The notes: generated by a model from the letters alone, not told the origin. 32,000 nt of DNA from an uncultured Erysipelotrichaceae bacterium (GCA_942492995.1 OW818653.1:1080001-1112000), one strand, 5' to 3'. Shown: positions 1 through 9,000, numbered from the stretch's first letter. Made by a program: numbers and translations.

Positions 1-29
1 CATTAAGTTCAATGTGTGTTTTTATTTAG

Positions 30-35
30 TATAAT
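30..35 (+). promoter_or_regulatory. Candidate -10 element (TATAAT) for the Alg14-like/GT4/Alg13-like operon, possibly giving a leaderless transcript
   Basis: TATAAT at 30-35 with only 6 nt before the ATG at 42, and no Shine-Dalgarno in between. The -35 region (7-12, GTTCAA) is poor and the window is truncated upstream. Confidence 0.35.
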
Positions 36-41
36 AGAAAC

Positions 42-512
42 ATGAAACGTGTAGTATTTATAGCCTCTACTGGCGGACATCTTAATGAACTCTTACAATT
101 AAGAGAACTTTTTCAATTTTATGATTATCAAATTATTACTGAAGGTGGACCAAGTACAGCTCATTTAAAAGCGAAGTATCCAAATCATGTCCATTATCTT
201 TTATTTGGATCGAAGGAACATTTATTTACGTATATCTTCAAGTTTATTATGAATACTTTCATTTCACTTATTTATGTACTTCGATTTAGACCACATTTTA
301 TCGTATCAACCGGTACACATACTGCAGTACCATTTTGTTATATCGGGAAATTGTTTGGATCTAAGATTATTTATATCGAAACATTTGCGAATGTTTATCA
401 TGGTAATTTAGCTGGTAAGTTAATCTATCCGATTGTGGATGAATATCTAATCCAATGGGAAGATTTGAAAACAGTTTATCCTAAAGCTAAGTATGTAGGA
501 AAAATTTTCTAA
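42..512 (+). CDS. Alg14-like oligosaccharide biosynthesis protein (Cps14F/PssD-type accessory subunit of a split GT28-like glycosyltransferase)
   Basis: 156-aa ORF with the N-terminal VFIASTGGHLNELLQL glycine loop and a central hydrophobic segment (FKFIMNTFISLIYVL) typical of bacterial Alg14-like proteins. Its stop overlaps the next start (TAATG, 510-514). Confidence 0.7.
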   Translation: MKRVVFIASTGGHLNELLQLRELFQFYDYQIITEGGPSTAHLKAKYPNHVHYLLFGSKEHLFTYIFKFIMNTFISLIYVLRFRPHFIVSTGTHTAVPFCYIGKLFGSKIIYIETFANVYHGNLAGKLIYPIVDEYLIQWEDLKTVYPKAKYVGKIF

Positions 513-1675
513 TGAAAAAGAAACTATTATTTGTGAATGATGAAATGGTTATGGGTGGCGTTGCACGAATATTATGTAACGTTTTAAATCGTTTTGATTT
601 GAATGAATATGATATTGATGTATTGATATTACATCCACATGGTGAGTTATTAAATGATCTTCCAGCAGGGATTAATCGCTTAGAATCGAGTCCATTATTT
701 AATGCGGTTGATGTTAATCTAAGAACTGCAATTTCGCAAAAGAAATGGAACGATGTGTTTAATAAAGTTATCTTCTTGTTTTATATGAAAACAGGTTTAA
801 TAAATTCGTTAATACGAAACGTACGTAAACGAATTATACATAAGACGTATGATATTGAAATTGCCGCAAAAGAAGGATTCTGTACGATATTTGTGGCGAA
901 TGGTGATTCTAAACGCAAAGTAAATTGGATACATATTGATTATAGTGCAGTAAATTATTCTGTTCATCATATGGCTATTATGAAATCCGCTTTAAGTAAA
1001 ATCGATATCAATATTGCGGTATCTAAGCGTTCAAAAGACGCATTTACTCAATTATTTGGAGTAAGTAATATTGTATCGATAAGAAATCTAATGGATATTT
1101 CTGGGCTTAAAGAGAAATCACTTGAACCATGTGAAATAAAATATGATGAAGATTGTTTTAACCTTGTTAGTGTTGGTCGGTTCCATGTTCAAAAGGCAAT
1201 GGATCGTTTAGTTTATGCGATGGTTGAATTAAAGGAAGCGAATATTAAATCACACCTTTATTTAGTTGGGGATGGTGAATTAAAAGAAAAATGTGAAGCA
1301 TTAGCATTTTCTTTGAATGTTAATGACTTAATTACATTTACGGGTAGTAAACGTAATCCTATGCCATATATAAAACAAGCTGATTTATTTGTATTACCAT
1401 CTTTGTATGAAGGTTATCCAACAACAATTATTGAATCATTTTTTGCGGGTACACCTGTTCTATCGTGTGATGTCTCTGGTGTTCATGAACAAATAACAGA
1501 GAATGTGAATGGTTGGATTGTGGATAATAAATTAGAGTCAATTACTGAAAAACTTGTAGAAATTGGTAGAAACCAAGCACAATTAGTTGAAATGAGAAAA
1601 TCATTAGTGAATTATACATATGATAATGAAATTATCTTCAATGAATTCTTAAGTACAATCGAGGGAGAAAAATGA
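512..1675 (+). CDS. GT-B fold glycosyltransferase, family 4 (group 1)
   Basis: 387-aa ORF. The C-terminal half carries the GT4 signature region LFVLPSLYEGYPTTIIESFFAGTPVLSCDVSG (E-x7-E motif). It is translationally coupled on both sides (TAATG at 510-514, ATGA at 1672-1675). Confidence 0.85.
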   Translation: MKKKLLFVNDEMVMGGVARILCNVLNRFDLNEYDIDVLILHPHGELLNDLPAGINRLESSPLFNAVDVNLRTAISQKKWNDVFNKVIFLFYMKTGLINSLIRNVRKRIIHKTYDIEIAAKEGFCTIFVANGDSKRKVNWIHIDYSAVNYSVHHMAIMKSALSKIDINIAVSKRSKDAFTQLFGVSNIVSIRNLMDISGLKEKSLEPCEIKYDEDCFNLVSVGRFHVQKAMDRLVYAMVELKEANIKSHLYLVGDGELKEKCEALAFSLNVNDLITFTGSKRNPMPYIKQADLFVLPSLYEGYPTTIIESFFAGTPVLSCDVSGVHEQITENVNGWIVDNKLESITEKLVEIGRNQAQLVEMRKSLVNYTYDNEIIFNEFLSTIEGEK

Positions 1676-2151
1676 TACTTGTAACACTTGGTACACAAGA
1701 TAAATCTTTTGTACGATTACTATCCGCATTAGAAGATCAAATTAATAAAGGTGAGATTATTGAAGAAATTATAGTGCAATCAGGGTTTACCCAATTTGAT
1801 AGTAAACATATGACGCTTATCCCCTACTTTTCACAAGATGAACTTGATGCATATCGTAAGAACGCATCATTAATTATTACCCATGGTGGTGTTGGAAGTA
1901 TTTTAGATGGATTAAAATATGAAAAGAAAATTATTGGTTGTGCACGTTTGAAACAGTATAAAGAACACATCAATGATCATCAAGTTGAGATTTGCGAGCA
2001 ATTTAGTCGTGAAGGATATATTTTATATACTTCGAATTTTAATGATATCTCAAAGTTGATACAAGACGCTAAACAGTTTATTCCGAAAAAATATACCTTT
2101 GATAACTCAAAACTTATTATGCATATTAAAAGTGTTATCGACTTGTCATAA
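1672..2151 (+). CDS. Alg13-like / Glyco_tran_28 C-terminal domain protein (Cps14G/PssE-type catalytic subunit)
   Basis: 159-aa ORF with MILVTLGTQ...F.RL at the N-terminus, the IITHGGVGSI nucleotide-sugar loop and EHINDHQVEI, all characteristic of PssE/Cps14G/EpsF-like proteins. GAGGGAG RBS at 1661-1667. Confidence 0.75.
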   Translation: MILVTLGTQDKSFVRLLSALEDQINKGEIIEEIIVQSGFTQFDSKHMTLIPYFSQDELDAYRKNASLIITHGGVGSILDGLKYEKKIIGCARLKQYKEHINDHQVEICEQFSREGYILYTSNFNDISKLIQDAKQFIPKKYTFDNSKLIMHIKSVIDLS

Positions 2152-2189
2152 AAATAGTGTTTTTTTGTGCAATTTGTGTATTATTACAC

Positions 2190-2217
2190 TCATTGTGTGT
2201 AGATTTTAATGTATAAT
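2190..2217 (+). promoter_or_regulatory. Candidate promoter of the XRE regulator gene (TG-adjacent TATAAT) with an upstream TCATTGTGTGT box
   Basis: TATAAT at 2212-2217 is preceded directly by TG (2210-2211). There is no good -35. The box TCATTGTGTGT at 2190-2200 lies 11 nt upstream of the -10. Confidence 0.45.
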
Positions 2218-2253
2218 GTCATTACAATTGAATTATGTATTGAGGGGAAGATC

Positions 2254-2514
2254 ATGAGAGAAAACGGTTTTGGGGAAGTCGTTTCTCTTGGTTTACCAAA
2301 GGACGAAGAATTCGAAAGTTTTCGTAGAACCTTTGGCGCAAGAGTGAAGCACTTCAGAAGAAGTTGTGGATTGTCGCAAGAAGAATTAGCAGAAAGAAGT
2401 CGACTTCATCGTAATTACATTTCAGATGTAGAACGAGGAAGAAGGAATTTATCGTTGGATGCGTTGTTGAAACTCGCCAATGGTTTGGGAATTAACATTC
2501 GGGATATGTTCTGA
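2254..2514 (+). CDS. XRE-family helix-turn-helix transcriptional regulator (86 aa)
   Basis: HTH_3-type core FGARVKHFRRSCGLSQEELAERSRLHRNYISDVERGRRNLSLDALLKLANGL. I chose the ATG at 2254 because GAGGGG (2242-2247) sits 6 nt upstream. The ORF-track start at 2209 lies inside the putative -10 region. Confidence 0.8.
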   Translation: MRENGFGEVVSLGLPKDEEFESFRRTFGARVKHFRRSCGLSQEELAERSRLHRNYISDVERGRRNLSLDALLKLANGLGINIRDMF

Positions 2515-2523
2515 ACAGTCAAC

Positions 2524-2544
2524 AAGCGCGTAATGCGCTTTTTG
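2524..2544 (+). terminator. Rho-independent terminator after the XRE gene
   Basis: AAGCGC (2524-2529) / GTAAT loop / GCGCTT (2535-2540), followed by TTTG. Confidence 0.6.
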
Positions 2545-2571
2545 ATTCGCTTAAAGCTTTCATGGTATAAT
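2542..2571 (+). promoter_or_regulatory. Sigma-70-type promoter for the 2-TM peptide / DUF2156 / GNAT unit
   Basis: TTGATT (2542-2547), 18-nt spacer, TATAAT (2566-2571), with an extended -10 TG at 2563-2564. AAGGAAA RBS at 2576-2582 precedes the ATG at 2587. Confidence 0.55.
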
Positions 2572-2586
2572 GACTAAGGAAAATTT

Positions 2587-2820
2587 ATGAACATATTACG
2601 TGCACTTATTGTATCGATGATTGGTATATTTATATTAATGACCTTATGGCCATTATTTGTTTTTTTAGTTATCGTTTTTGGGATTTACTGGTTCGCAATA
2701 AGTATGCGAATTAGACGAATGAATCAAACGGTAAGAGAAGAATTCAATCAAACAAACACTCAAACTGATACTAAACCAAAAGATGTAATCGATGCTCAAT
2801 ATACAGAAAGAAGCGAATAA
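2587..2820 (+). CDS. Small hypothetical membrane protein (two predicted TM helices, polar C-terminal tail)
   Basis: 77-aa ORF with its own RBS. It has two hydrophobic segments (ALIVSMIGIFILMTLW and LFVFLVIVFGIYWFAI) followed by a basic patch RIRRMNQ. I recognise no family. Confidence 0.5.
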   Translation: MNILRALIVSMIGIFILMTLWPLFVFLVIVFGIYWFAISMRIRRMNQTVREEFNQTNTQTDTKPKDVIDAQYTERSE

Positions 2821-3733
2821 TACTATGGTGTGTATAGATGATGCAGATTTTATAGCAGTTACTGAAGAAGATATTCCATTAATAAGTAAATATCTAGATA
2901 TCGCTCAAATTGAAGAAAGTAATCATAATTTAGTGAACATGTTTCTTTGGCGTGAACAGTATCCATTATGGCAATATCATAATGATCATTACATGTTACT
3001 TCTAGGAATTCATAAGGGTAAGTTATTTAGTTATATGCCTTTATGTGAAGAAGAGTTTTTTGAAGAAGCTTTATTAAAAGCTCATTCAATATTTAATAAA
3101 TTTAATGTTCCTTTTGAATTGTCTTGTTTTACTAAATCTGGATTAGAAAAAGTTCAGAAGTTATTCCCTTCTTGTAAAGTCACGATTGAAGTAGAAGCTG
3201 CGGATTATGTGTATGAAGGTGAAAAGATGAGAACATTATCTGGCAAGAAACTTCAAAAGCGAAGAAATAATTACAATCATTTTGTGACTGAATATACAGG
3301 ACGATTCGTATATGAAGATTTAACACAAGACCATATTCCTGAACTTAATGCTTATCTTAATACTTGGAGAACGGATTCTACTGAAGAATACTTAATCTAT
3401 GAAGCTAAGGGTGTTCATGATGTGTTAAACCTATATGGTGTATTACCGTATTCTGGTGGAGTTATACGTATTGATGGAGAAGTTAAGGCATTTCTAATTG
3501 CTTCTTTGGCAACGCGAGATATGGTACAAATCAATATTGAGAAAGCGGATCATACCATTCGTGGGTTGTATCAAGCGATTGAGAAGTTATTCTTAGAGAA
3601 GAATTATCCTACGATTGAGTGGGTGAATCGAGAAGATGATATGGGGATTGAATCGCTTATTCTTGCGAAGAAAGCACTTCATCCAAGCCATATGATTGAT
3701 AAATACAGGATAAAAGCAAATGGCAAGACTTAG
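2792..3733 (+). CDS. DUF2156 / LPG_synthase_C-like protein (stand-alone homologue of the MprF aminoacyl-phosphatidylglycerol synthase catalytic domain)
   Basis: About 300-aa soluble protein. The N-terminal NHNLVNMFLWREQYPLWQY motif, the mid-protein KKLQKRRNNYNHF and the tandem GNAT-like layout are typical of DUF2156. The start is ambiguous: ATG 2792 overlaps the preceding ORF by 29 nt, while ATG 2825 lies 4 nt after its stop. Confidence 0.65.
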   Translation: MLNIQKEANNTMVCIDDADFIAVTEEDIPLISKYLDIAQIEESNHNLVNMFLWREQYPLWQYHNDHYMLLLGIHKGKLFSYMPLCEEEFFEEALLKAHSIFNKFNVPFELSCFTKSGLEKVQKLFPSCKVTIEVEAADYVYEGEKMRTLSGKKLQKRRNNYNHFVTEYTGRFVYEDLTQDHIPELNAYLNTWRTDSTEEYLIYEAKGVHDVLNLYGVLPYSGGVIRIDGEVKAFLIASLATRDMVQINIEKADHTIRGLYQAIEKLFLEKNYPTIEWVNREDDMGIESLILAKKALHPSHMIDKYRIKANGKT

Positions 3734-4640
3734 ACGAGCAAAAGATGAAGATAAGGCTTTAGTTTACCGTTGGTGGAAAGGTATTTTTGCGGAGGATGAT
3801 GGGGGTCATACTGATTATTATTTTGATCAACTTTATCAGACTAAACAATCATACTTATTAGTAGATGAAAATGATGAACTTATTAGTAGTTGTCAGGTTC
3901 ATACGCGTACACTTGATTTTAATGGTAAACCACTACAGATTAGTTTTATTGTGGGTGTTTTTACGTTACCTAAATTTCGTAATCAAGGGTATATGAAAGA
4001 ATTAATTACTAAGGTATTGGATATTTTAGAACATAGAGATTTATTAACGTATATTCAAGGGTATAATCCTGATCTTTATGTACAATATGGTTTTGAGAAA
4101 ATATACATTCGTAATCACTATTGGCTTGATACCTTAAGCTTACCTACATTAAGTCCAATGGGTGTTACATATTCATGTTCAGCTCTTGAACTAAGAGATT
4201 TGTATCGTCAATTCACGAAACATTTTACGGGTTATGTCGTTCGTAGTACTGAAGATTTCAATCAGTTATTACTTGAATTAAATGCCCTTGGTGGCAAATT
4301 AATTGCGTACCAGGATAATGGTAAACTATTAGCTTATGCGCTTGTATACGCTTATTCTGACCATATAGAGATAGAAGAAATGGTATATCTTAATTCCAAG
4401 GCGATGATGTCGATATTAGCTTCATTAAAGAGTGTTAATCTACCGATTCGTTTGTCTGTTTCTGAGAAAGAAGATCTTAGTCGTATCTTCCCTTACGCAA
4501 CTCTTGAGAAAACTGAATATACAAATGTACGTCTTAATGATGCACGATTAATGAATGAGTTATTTAAATTAAATATTAAAACAGCAGAAGCATTCTTTAT
4601 TGCGGCAGAAAAACCAATCTGGTTTAGAGAAAACCAATAA
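3720..4640 (+). CDS. Eis-like GNAT family N-acetyltransferase (short form)
   Basis: 306 aa. The acetyl-CoA loop VFTLPKFRNQGYMKELI (R/Q-x-x-G-x-G/A type) is followed by a second GNAT-like region and a short C-terminal domain, as in Eis/Acetyltransf_9-17 proteins. The ATG overlaps the DUF2156 stop by 14 nt. Confidence 0.6.
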   Translation: MARLRRAKDEDKALVYRWWKGIFAEDDGGHTDYYFDQLYQTKQSYLLVDENDELISSCQVHTRTLDFNGKPLQISFIVGVFTLPKFRNQGYMKELITKVLDILEHRDLLTYIQGYNPDLYVQYGFEKIYIRNHYWLDTLSLPTLSPMGVTYSCSALELRDLYRQFTKHFTGYVVRSTEDFNQLLLELNALGGKLIAYQDNGKLLAYALVYAYSDHIEIEEMVYLNSKAMMSILASLKSVNLPIRLSVSEKEDLSRIFPYATLEKTEYTNVRLNDARLMNELFKLNIKTAEAFFIAAEKPIWFRENQ

Positions 4641-4661
4641 AAATAGACATATGTGAAATTT

Positions 4662-4679
4662 TTGTGAGATGTTTCACAA
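4662..4679 (+). promoter_or_regulatory. Rex-type (CRP/FNR-like) palindromic operator candidate abutting the gap -35
   Basis: TTGTGAG-ATGT-TTCACAA matches the Firmicute Rex consensus TTGTGAA-N4-TTCACAA with one mismatch. It also reads as TGTGA-N6-TCACA. An extra half-site ATGTGAA lies at 4651-4657. Confidence 0.45.
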
Positions 4680-4708
4680 TTGACTTTTAATGTGTATAAC
4701 TCTATAAT
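4680..4708 (+). promoter_or_regulatory. Strong sigma-70-type promoter of gap
   Basis: TTGACT (4680-4685), 17-nt spacer, TATAAT (4703-4708). AGGAGG RBS at 4723-4728. Confidence 0.7.
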
Positions 4709-4737
4709 TATGTGTGTCAATTAGGAGGAAATTATTG

Positions 4738-5751
4738 ATGACAGCAAGAATTGCGATTAATGGATTTGGTCGTATCGGCCGTTTGGCATTCCGCATTATG
4801 TGGGGTAACCCAGCGTTTGAAATCGTTGCACTCAACGACTTAACCGATGCTAAGACCTTGGCTCATTTATTAAAGTATGATTCATCTCAAGGACGTTTCG
4901 ATGGTCATACTGTTAGCTTTGAAGGTGAAGATTTAATTGTTGATGGTAAGACTGTAAAAGTATTAAAAGAAAAAGATCCTGCATTACTACCTTGGGCTGA
5001 TCTAAAAGTTGATGTTGTTATTGAATCAACTGGATTCTTCACTAAGAAAGATACAGCTTCTGCTCATATTAAAGCAGGTGCTCGTAAAGTTATTATCTCT
5101 GCTCCAGCAGGTGATGATGTAGAAACCGTAGTATTTAATGTTAACCACAGTATTTTAGATGGTTCAGAAACAGTTATCTCTGGTGCTTCATGTACTACTA
5201 ACTGTTTAGCTCCAATGGCTAAATGCTTAAATGACAATTTCGAAATTTTAAATGGTTCTATGACTACGATTCATGCGTACACTAATGATCAAAACACGTT
5301 AGATGCACCACACCGTAACGGTGACTTGCGTCGTGCTCGTGCAGCTGCAGCTAACATTATTCCTAACTCAACAGGTGCTGCTAAAGCAATCGGTCTAGTT
5401 GTTCCTGAATTAAAGGGCAAATTAGACGGTGCTGCTCAACGTGTTCCTGTTATTACTGGTTCAATCACTGAATTAGTAGCAGTAGTTAAGAAAGAATGTA
5501 CTGTTGCGGAAATCAATGCAGCGATGAAAGCAGCTTCTAACGAATCATTCGGTTACACTGAAGATCAAATCGTTAGTTCAGATGTTATCGGTATTGCGTT
5601 TGGTTCATTATTCGATGCTACACAAACTAAAGTTCAAAATATCGGTGGTATTTGCTTAGTTAAAGTTGCAGCATGGTATGACAATGAAGCTTCATACACT
5701 AACCAATTAGTACGTACAGCTAAATACTTAGCTGAACAATCAAAGTTCTAA
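4738..5751 (+). CDS. gap: Type I glyceraldehyde-3-phosphate dehydrogenase
   Basis: [12 protein letters not shown]-binding motif, active-site SCTTNCLAP, and WYDNE near the C-terminus. The ATG at 4738 is 9 nt after AGGAGG. The ORF-track start at 4714 is a GTG inside the promoter/leader. Confidence 0.95.
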   Translation: MTARIAINGFGRIGRLAFRIMWGNPAFEIVALNDLTDAKTLAHLLKYDSSQGRFDGHTVSFEGEDLIVDGKTVKVLKEKDPALLPWADLKVDVVIESTGFFTKKDTASAHIKAGARKVIISAPAGDDVETVVFNVNHSILDGSETVISGASCTTNCLAPMAKCLNDNFEILNGSMTTIHAYTNDQNTLDAPHRNGDLRRARAAAANIIPNSTGAAKAIGLVVPELKGKLDGAAQRVPVITGSITELVAVVKKECTVAEINAAMKAASNESFGYTEDQIVSSDVIGIAFGSLFDATQTKVQNIGGICLVKVAAWYDNEASYTNQLVRTAKYLAEQSKF

Positions 5752-5760
5752 TCTAGATTA

Positions 5761-5788
5761 AGAGACATTCGCAAGAGTGTCTTTTTTT
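5761..5788 (+). terminator. Rho-independent terminator of gap
   Basis: Stem 5761-5770 pairs with 5775-5784 (including two G-U pairs) around a GCAA tetraloop (5771-5774). The T run continues to 5788. Confidence 0.8.
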
Positions 5789-5834
5789 ATACACGTTTAT
5801 TGAGATTCTTTAGTTCATTTGTTATTGTTAGATT

Positions 5835-6071
5835 ATGTTAAAAGAAATTAATTTAGACCAATCCTTATTTACCCTTCTCGATCATTATCCTGATTTGATT
5901 GAAGTACTCTATGATTTTGGATTTACTCAAATCAAACTTCCTGGAATGATACAATCTGCTGGACGTTTTATGACTCTTAGAAAAGGGTGTGAAATGAAGA
6001 AGTTAGATATTGACTTGTTAGTAAAAATATTTATTAAACTTGGATATACAATAAAAGAAGGTTCAAATTGA
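5835..6071 (+). CDS. DUF1858 domain-containing small protein
   Basis: 78 aa. LLDHYPDLIEVLYDFGF...MIQSAGRFMTLRKGCEMKKLDIDLLV matches the DUF1858 pattern (YP-x-L, internal G, TL-x-x-A/C, helical tail). No convincing RBS was seen. Confidence 0.55.
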   Translation: MLKEINLDQSLFTLLDHYPDLIEVLYDFGFTQIKLPGMIQSAGRFMTLRKGCEMKKLDIDLLVKIFIKLGYTIKEGSN

Positions 6072-6082
6072 ACCTTCTTTTT
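6053..6082. terminator. Bidirectional terminator shared by the convergent DUF1858 and protease genes
   Basis: A perfect 12-13 bp stem (6053/6054-6065 pairing with 6069-6080/6081) with a 3-nt loop, A-run on the left and T-run on the right. It overlaps the TGA at 6069-6071 and abuts the minus-strand stop at 6081-6083. Confidence 0.75.
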
Positions 6083-9000
6083 AATATATTTTATTTACAA
6101 TCGATACATAAATTCTTTCTTTATAGCCATCTATAGTTTTAACTTCCATTGTTACATACCCAGCAGCTATACCAAAAATAGTTCCTTCATTATCAATAGT
6201 AGCAAGTTCGGGACTAAATGAAGTACAAGTTATAGTCGTAATAGTCGCATTTAATGGCATATATGAGTAATTTACTGTTATATATTTTCCGACTTCAACA
6301 GTATAATATCCAGTATTCTCAAAAATAAATCCATCAATCGGAATATACATATAAGTTTTTAAATTTGAGAACGCACTATATATTTTTGTAGTACCACTCA
6401 TACGATATGCTCGAACTTTATAGTTATAATCAGTTCGTTTAATAATTCCAGTTAGATTAGTAGTTGATGTTGTAACAGTCTTAAGTAAAACATAATTAGT
6501 ACTATATCCAGTTGAATAGTATACTTCATAACCACTTGCCCCTTCAACCTCGTCCCAACTTAGTGTTACTGATGTTGGATTTGTAGTTGATGTTGTAATA
6601 ACACTTGGTGAGTGTAAACTTGTTTTTCCAGAAATTGTACTAGATTCAATACCAATAGTTCCATTTAATGCTACAGGAACAATTTTGAAGTAATATGTTG
6701 AGTTAAAATTTAAATTCGACAATGTACTAAAGCTCGTTTCTGTCACAGATCCAATCTTTGTCGTAACTGTAGTAGACGTCGTCCCTTGGTACACATCATA
6801 ATGATCTGCGCCATCTACTGTGTCCCAACTTAAACTTAATAAATTATAGTCGATACCTGAAACTTTCAAATTTTTAACTGATTGTAACATTAGAATTGCA
6901 TTTACGGTTGTAGAGTTTGCACTTCTGAGTTCACCATTCTTAGCCACTAGACTAAAGGAATAGCTTTCACCTAGATTTAAGCCACTGACATCCACACTAA
7001 TCGCATTCGCATCACTAATCGTACTGTGTTCTAATCCATTCATGTATAACACGTATTGCGTTGCGCCTAAGACTTTTGTCCAGCTTACCGTAATCGTTTC
7101 GATATTCTTACTCACGGCTTTAATCACCGGTGCCACAGGTGGCGTTGTAATTGAACTTATGGAGGAATAATTGCCAAATACTTTAACGGTACCTGCCATA
7201 CGATACGCACGTACTTTATAGTTGTACGTTGTATTTGCGACTAAACCGGTATGATTCGTCGTTAAGGTCGTAACGCTCTTCAAGAAGGTATACGTTGTCG
7301 TACCTGCTTTCGCATAATACACTTCGTATCCAGCTGCCCCTTCAACACTTGCCCAACTTAAATCGGCAGTTGTCGCATTTGGACTGGTAACCAATAGACT
7401 ACTTGGTTCTTTAAGTGTTGTTTTACCTGTAATAACTAATGAAGTAACGCCAGAAATACTATTTGAAGTAACTGGAACCACTTTATAGTAATAACTTGTA
7501 TTGAAATTCAAGGCAGTTAAGGTTGTGAAACTTGTCTCAGTGACACTTCCGATTTTTGTCGTAACCGCTGTCGAGGTCGTGCCTTGGTACACATCGTAAT
7601 GATCTGCACCTGCGACACTATCCCAACTTAAGGTAAAGCGATTGAAGTTTGTGTCACTAATCTTAAAGTTTCCTACCACGGCTGGAACTGGGATGGATGA
7701 AACTGTTGCCGAGTTCGCACTTCTGAGTTCACCATTCTTAGCCACTAGACTAAAGGAATAGCTTTCTCCAAGATTTAAACCACTCACATCCACACTAATC
7801 GCATTCGCATCACTTATTGTACTGTGTTCTAATCCATTCATGTATAACACGTATTCCGTTGCGCCTAAGACTTTCGTCCAGCTCACCGTAATCGTCTCGA
7901 TATTCTTACTCACGGCTTTAATCACTGGTGCCACAGGTGGCGTCGTAATTGAACTGATGGAGGAATAATTTCCGAATATTTTAATTGTGCCAGCCATACG
8001 ATACGCACGTACTTTATAGTTATACGTCGTATTAGCGACTAAACCCGTATGATTCGCAGTTAGAGTCGTCACACTCTTCAAGAACGTATACGTTGTCGTA
8101 CCTGCTTTCGCATAATACACTTCGTATCCAGCTGCGCCTTCAACACTTGCCCAACTTAAATCGGCAGTTGTCGCATTTGGACTGGTAACCAATAGACTAC
8201 TTGGTTCTTTAAGTGTTGTTTTACCTGTAATAACTAATGAAGTAACGCCAGAAATACTATTTGAAGTAACTGGTACTACTTTATAGTAATAACTCGTATT
8301 GAAATTCAAGGCAGTTAACGTGGTGAAACTTGTCTCAGTGACTGAACCGATTTTTGTCGTTACCGCTGTCGAAGTCGTGCCTTGATACACATCGTAATGA
8401 TCTGCGCCATCGACTGCGTCCCAACTTAAGGTAAAGCGATTAAAGTTTGTATCACTGATCTTAAAGTTTCCTACCACGGCTGGAACTGGGATGGATGAAA
8501 CTGTTGCCGAGTTCGCACTTCTGAGTTCACCATTCTTAGCCACTAGACTAAAGGAATAGCTTTCACCTAGATTTAAGCCACTGACATCCACACTAATCGC
8601 ATTCGCATCACTAATCGTACTGTGTTCTAATCCATTCATGTATAACACGTATTGCGTTGCGCCTAAGACTTTTGTCCAGCTTACCGTAATCGTTTCGATA
8701 TTCTTACTCACGGCTTTAATCACCGGTGCCACAGGTGGCGTTGTAATTGAACTTATGGAGGAATAATTGCCAAATACTTTAACGGTACCTGCCATACGAT
8801 ACGCACGTACTTTATAGTTGTACGTTGTATTTGCGACTAAACCGGTATGATTCGTCGTTAAGGTCGTAACGCTCTTCAAGAAGGTATACGTTGTCGTACC
8901 TGCTTTCGCATAATACACTTCGTATCCAGCTGCCCCTTCAACACTTGCCCAACTTAAATCGGCAGTTGTCGCATTTGGACTGGTAACCAATAGACTACTT

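Noticed and set aside
2209-2253. ORF-track N-terminal extension of the XRE regulator (start at 2209)
   Set aside because: The ATG at 2209 overlaps the putative -10 region and has no RBS. The ATG at 2254 has GAGGGG 6 nt upstream.
4493-4720. 75-aa minus-strand ORF
   Set aside because: It is antisense to the 3' end of the Eis-like GNAT gene and to the gap promoter. It has low-complexity AT-rich-codon composition, no RBS and no recognisable motif.
4714-4737. ORF-track N-terminal extension of gap (GTG at 4714)
   Set aside because: The extension would include the AGGAGG RBS (4723-4728) as coding sequence. GAPDH homologues begin at MT[10 protein letters not shown], as the ATG at 4738 gives.
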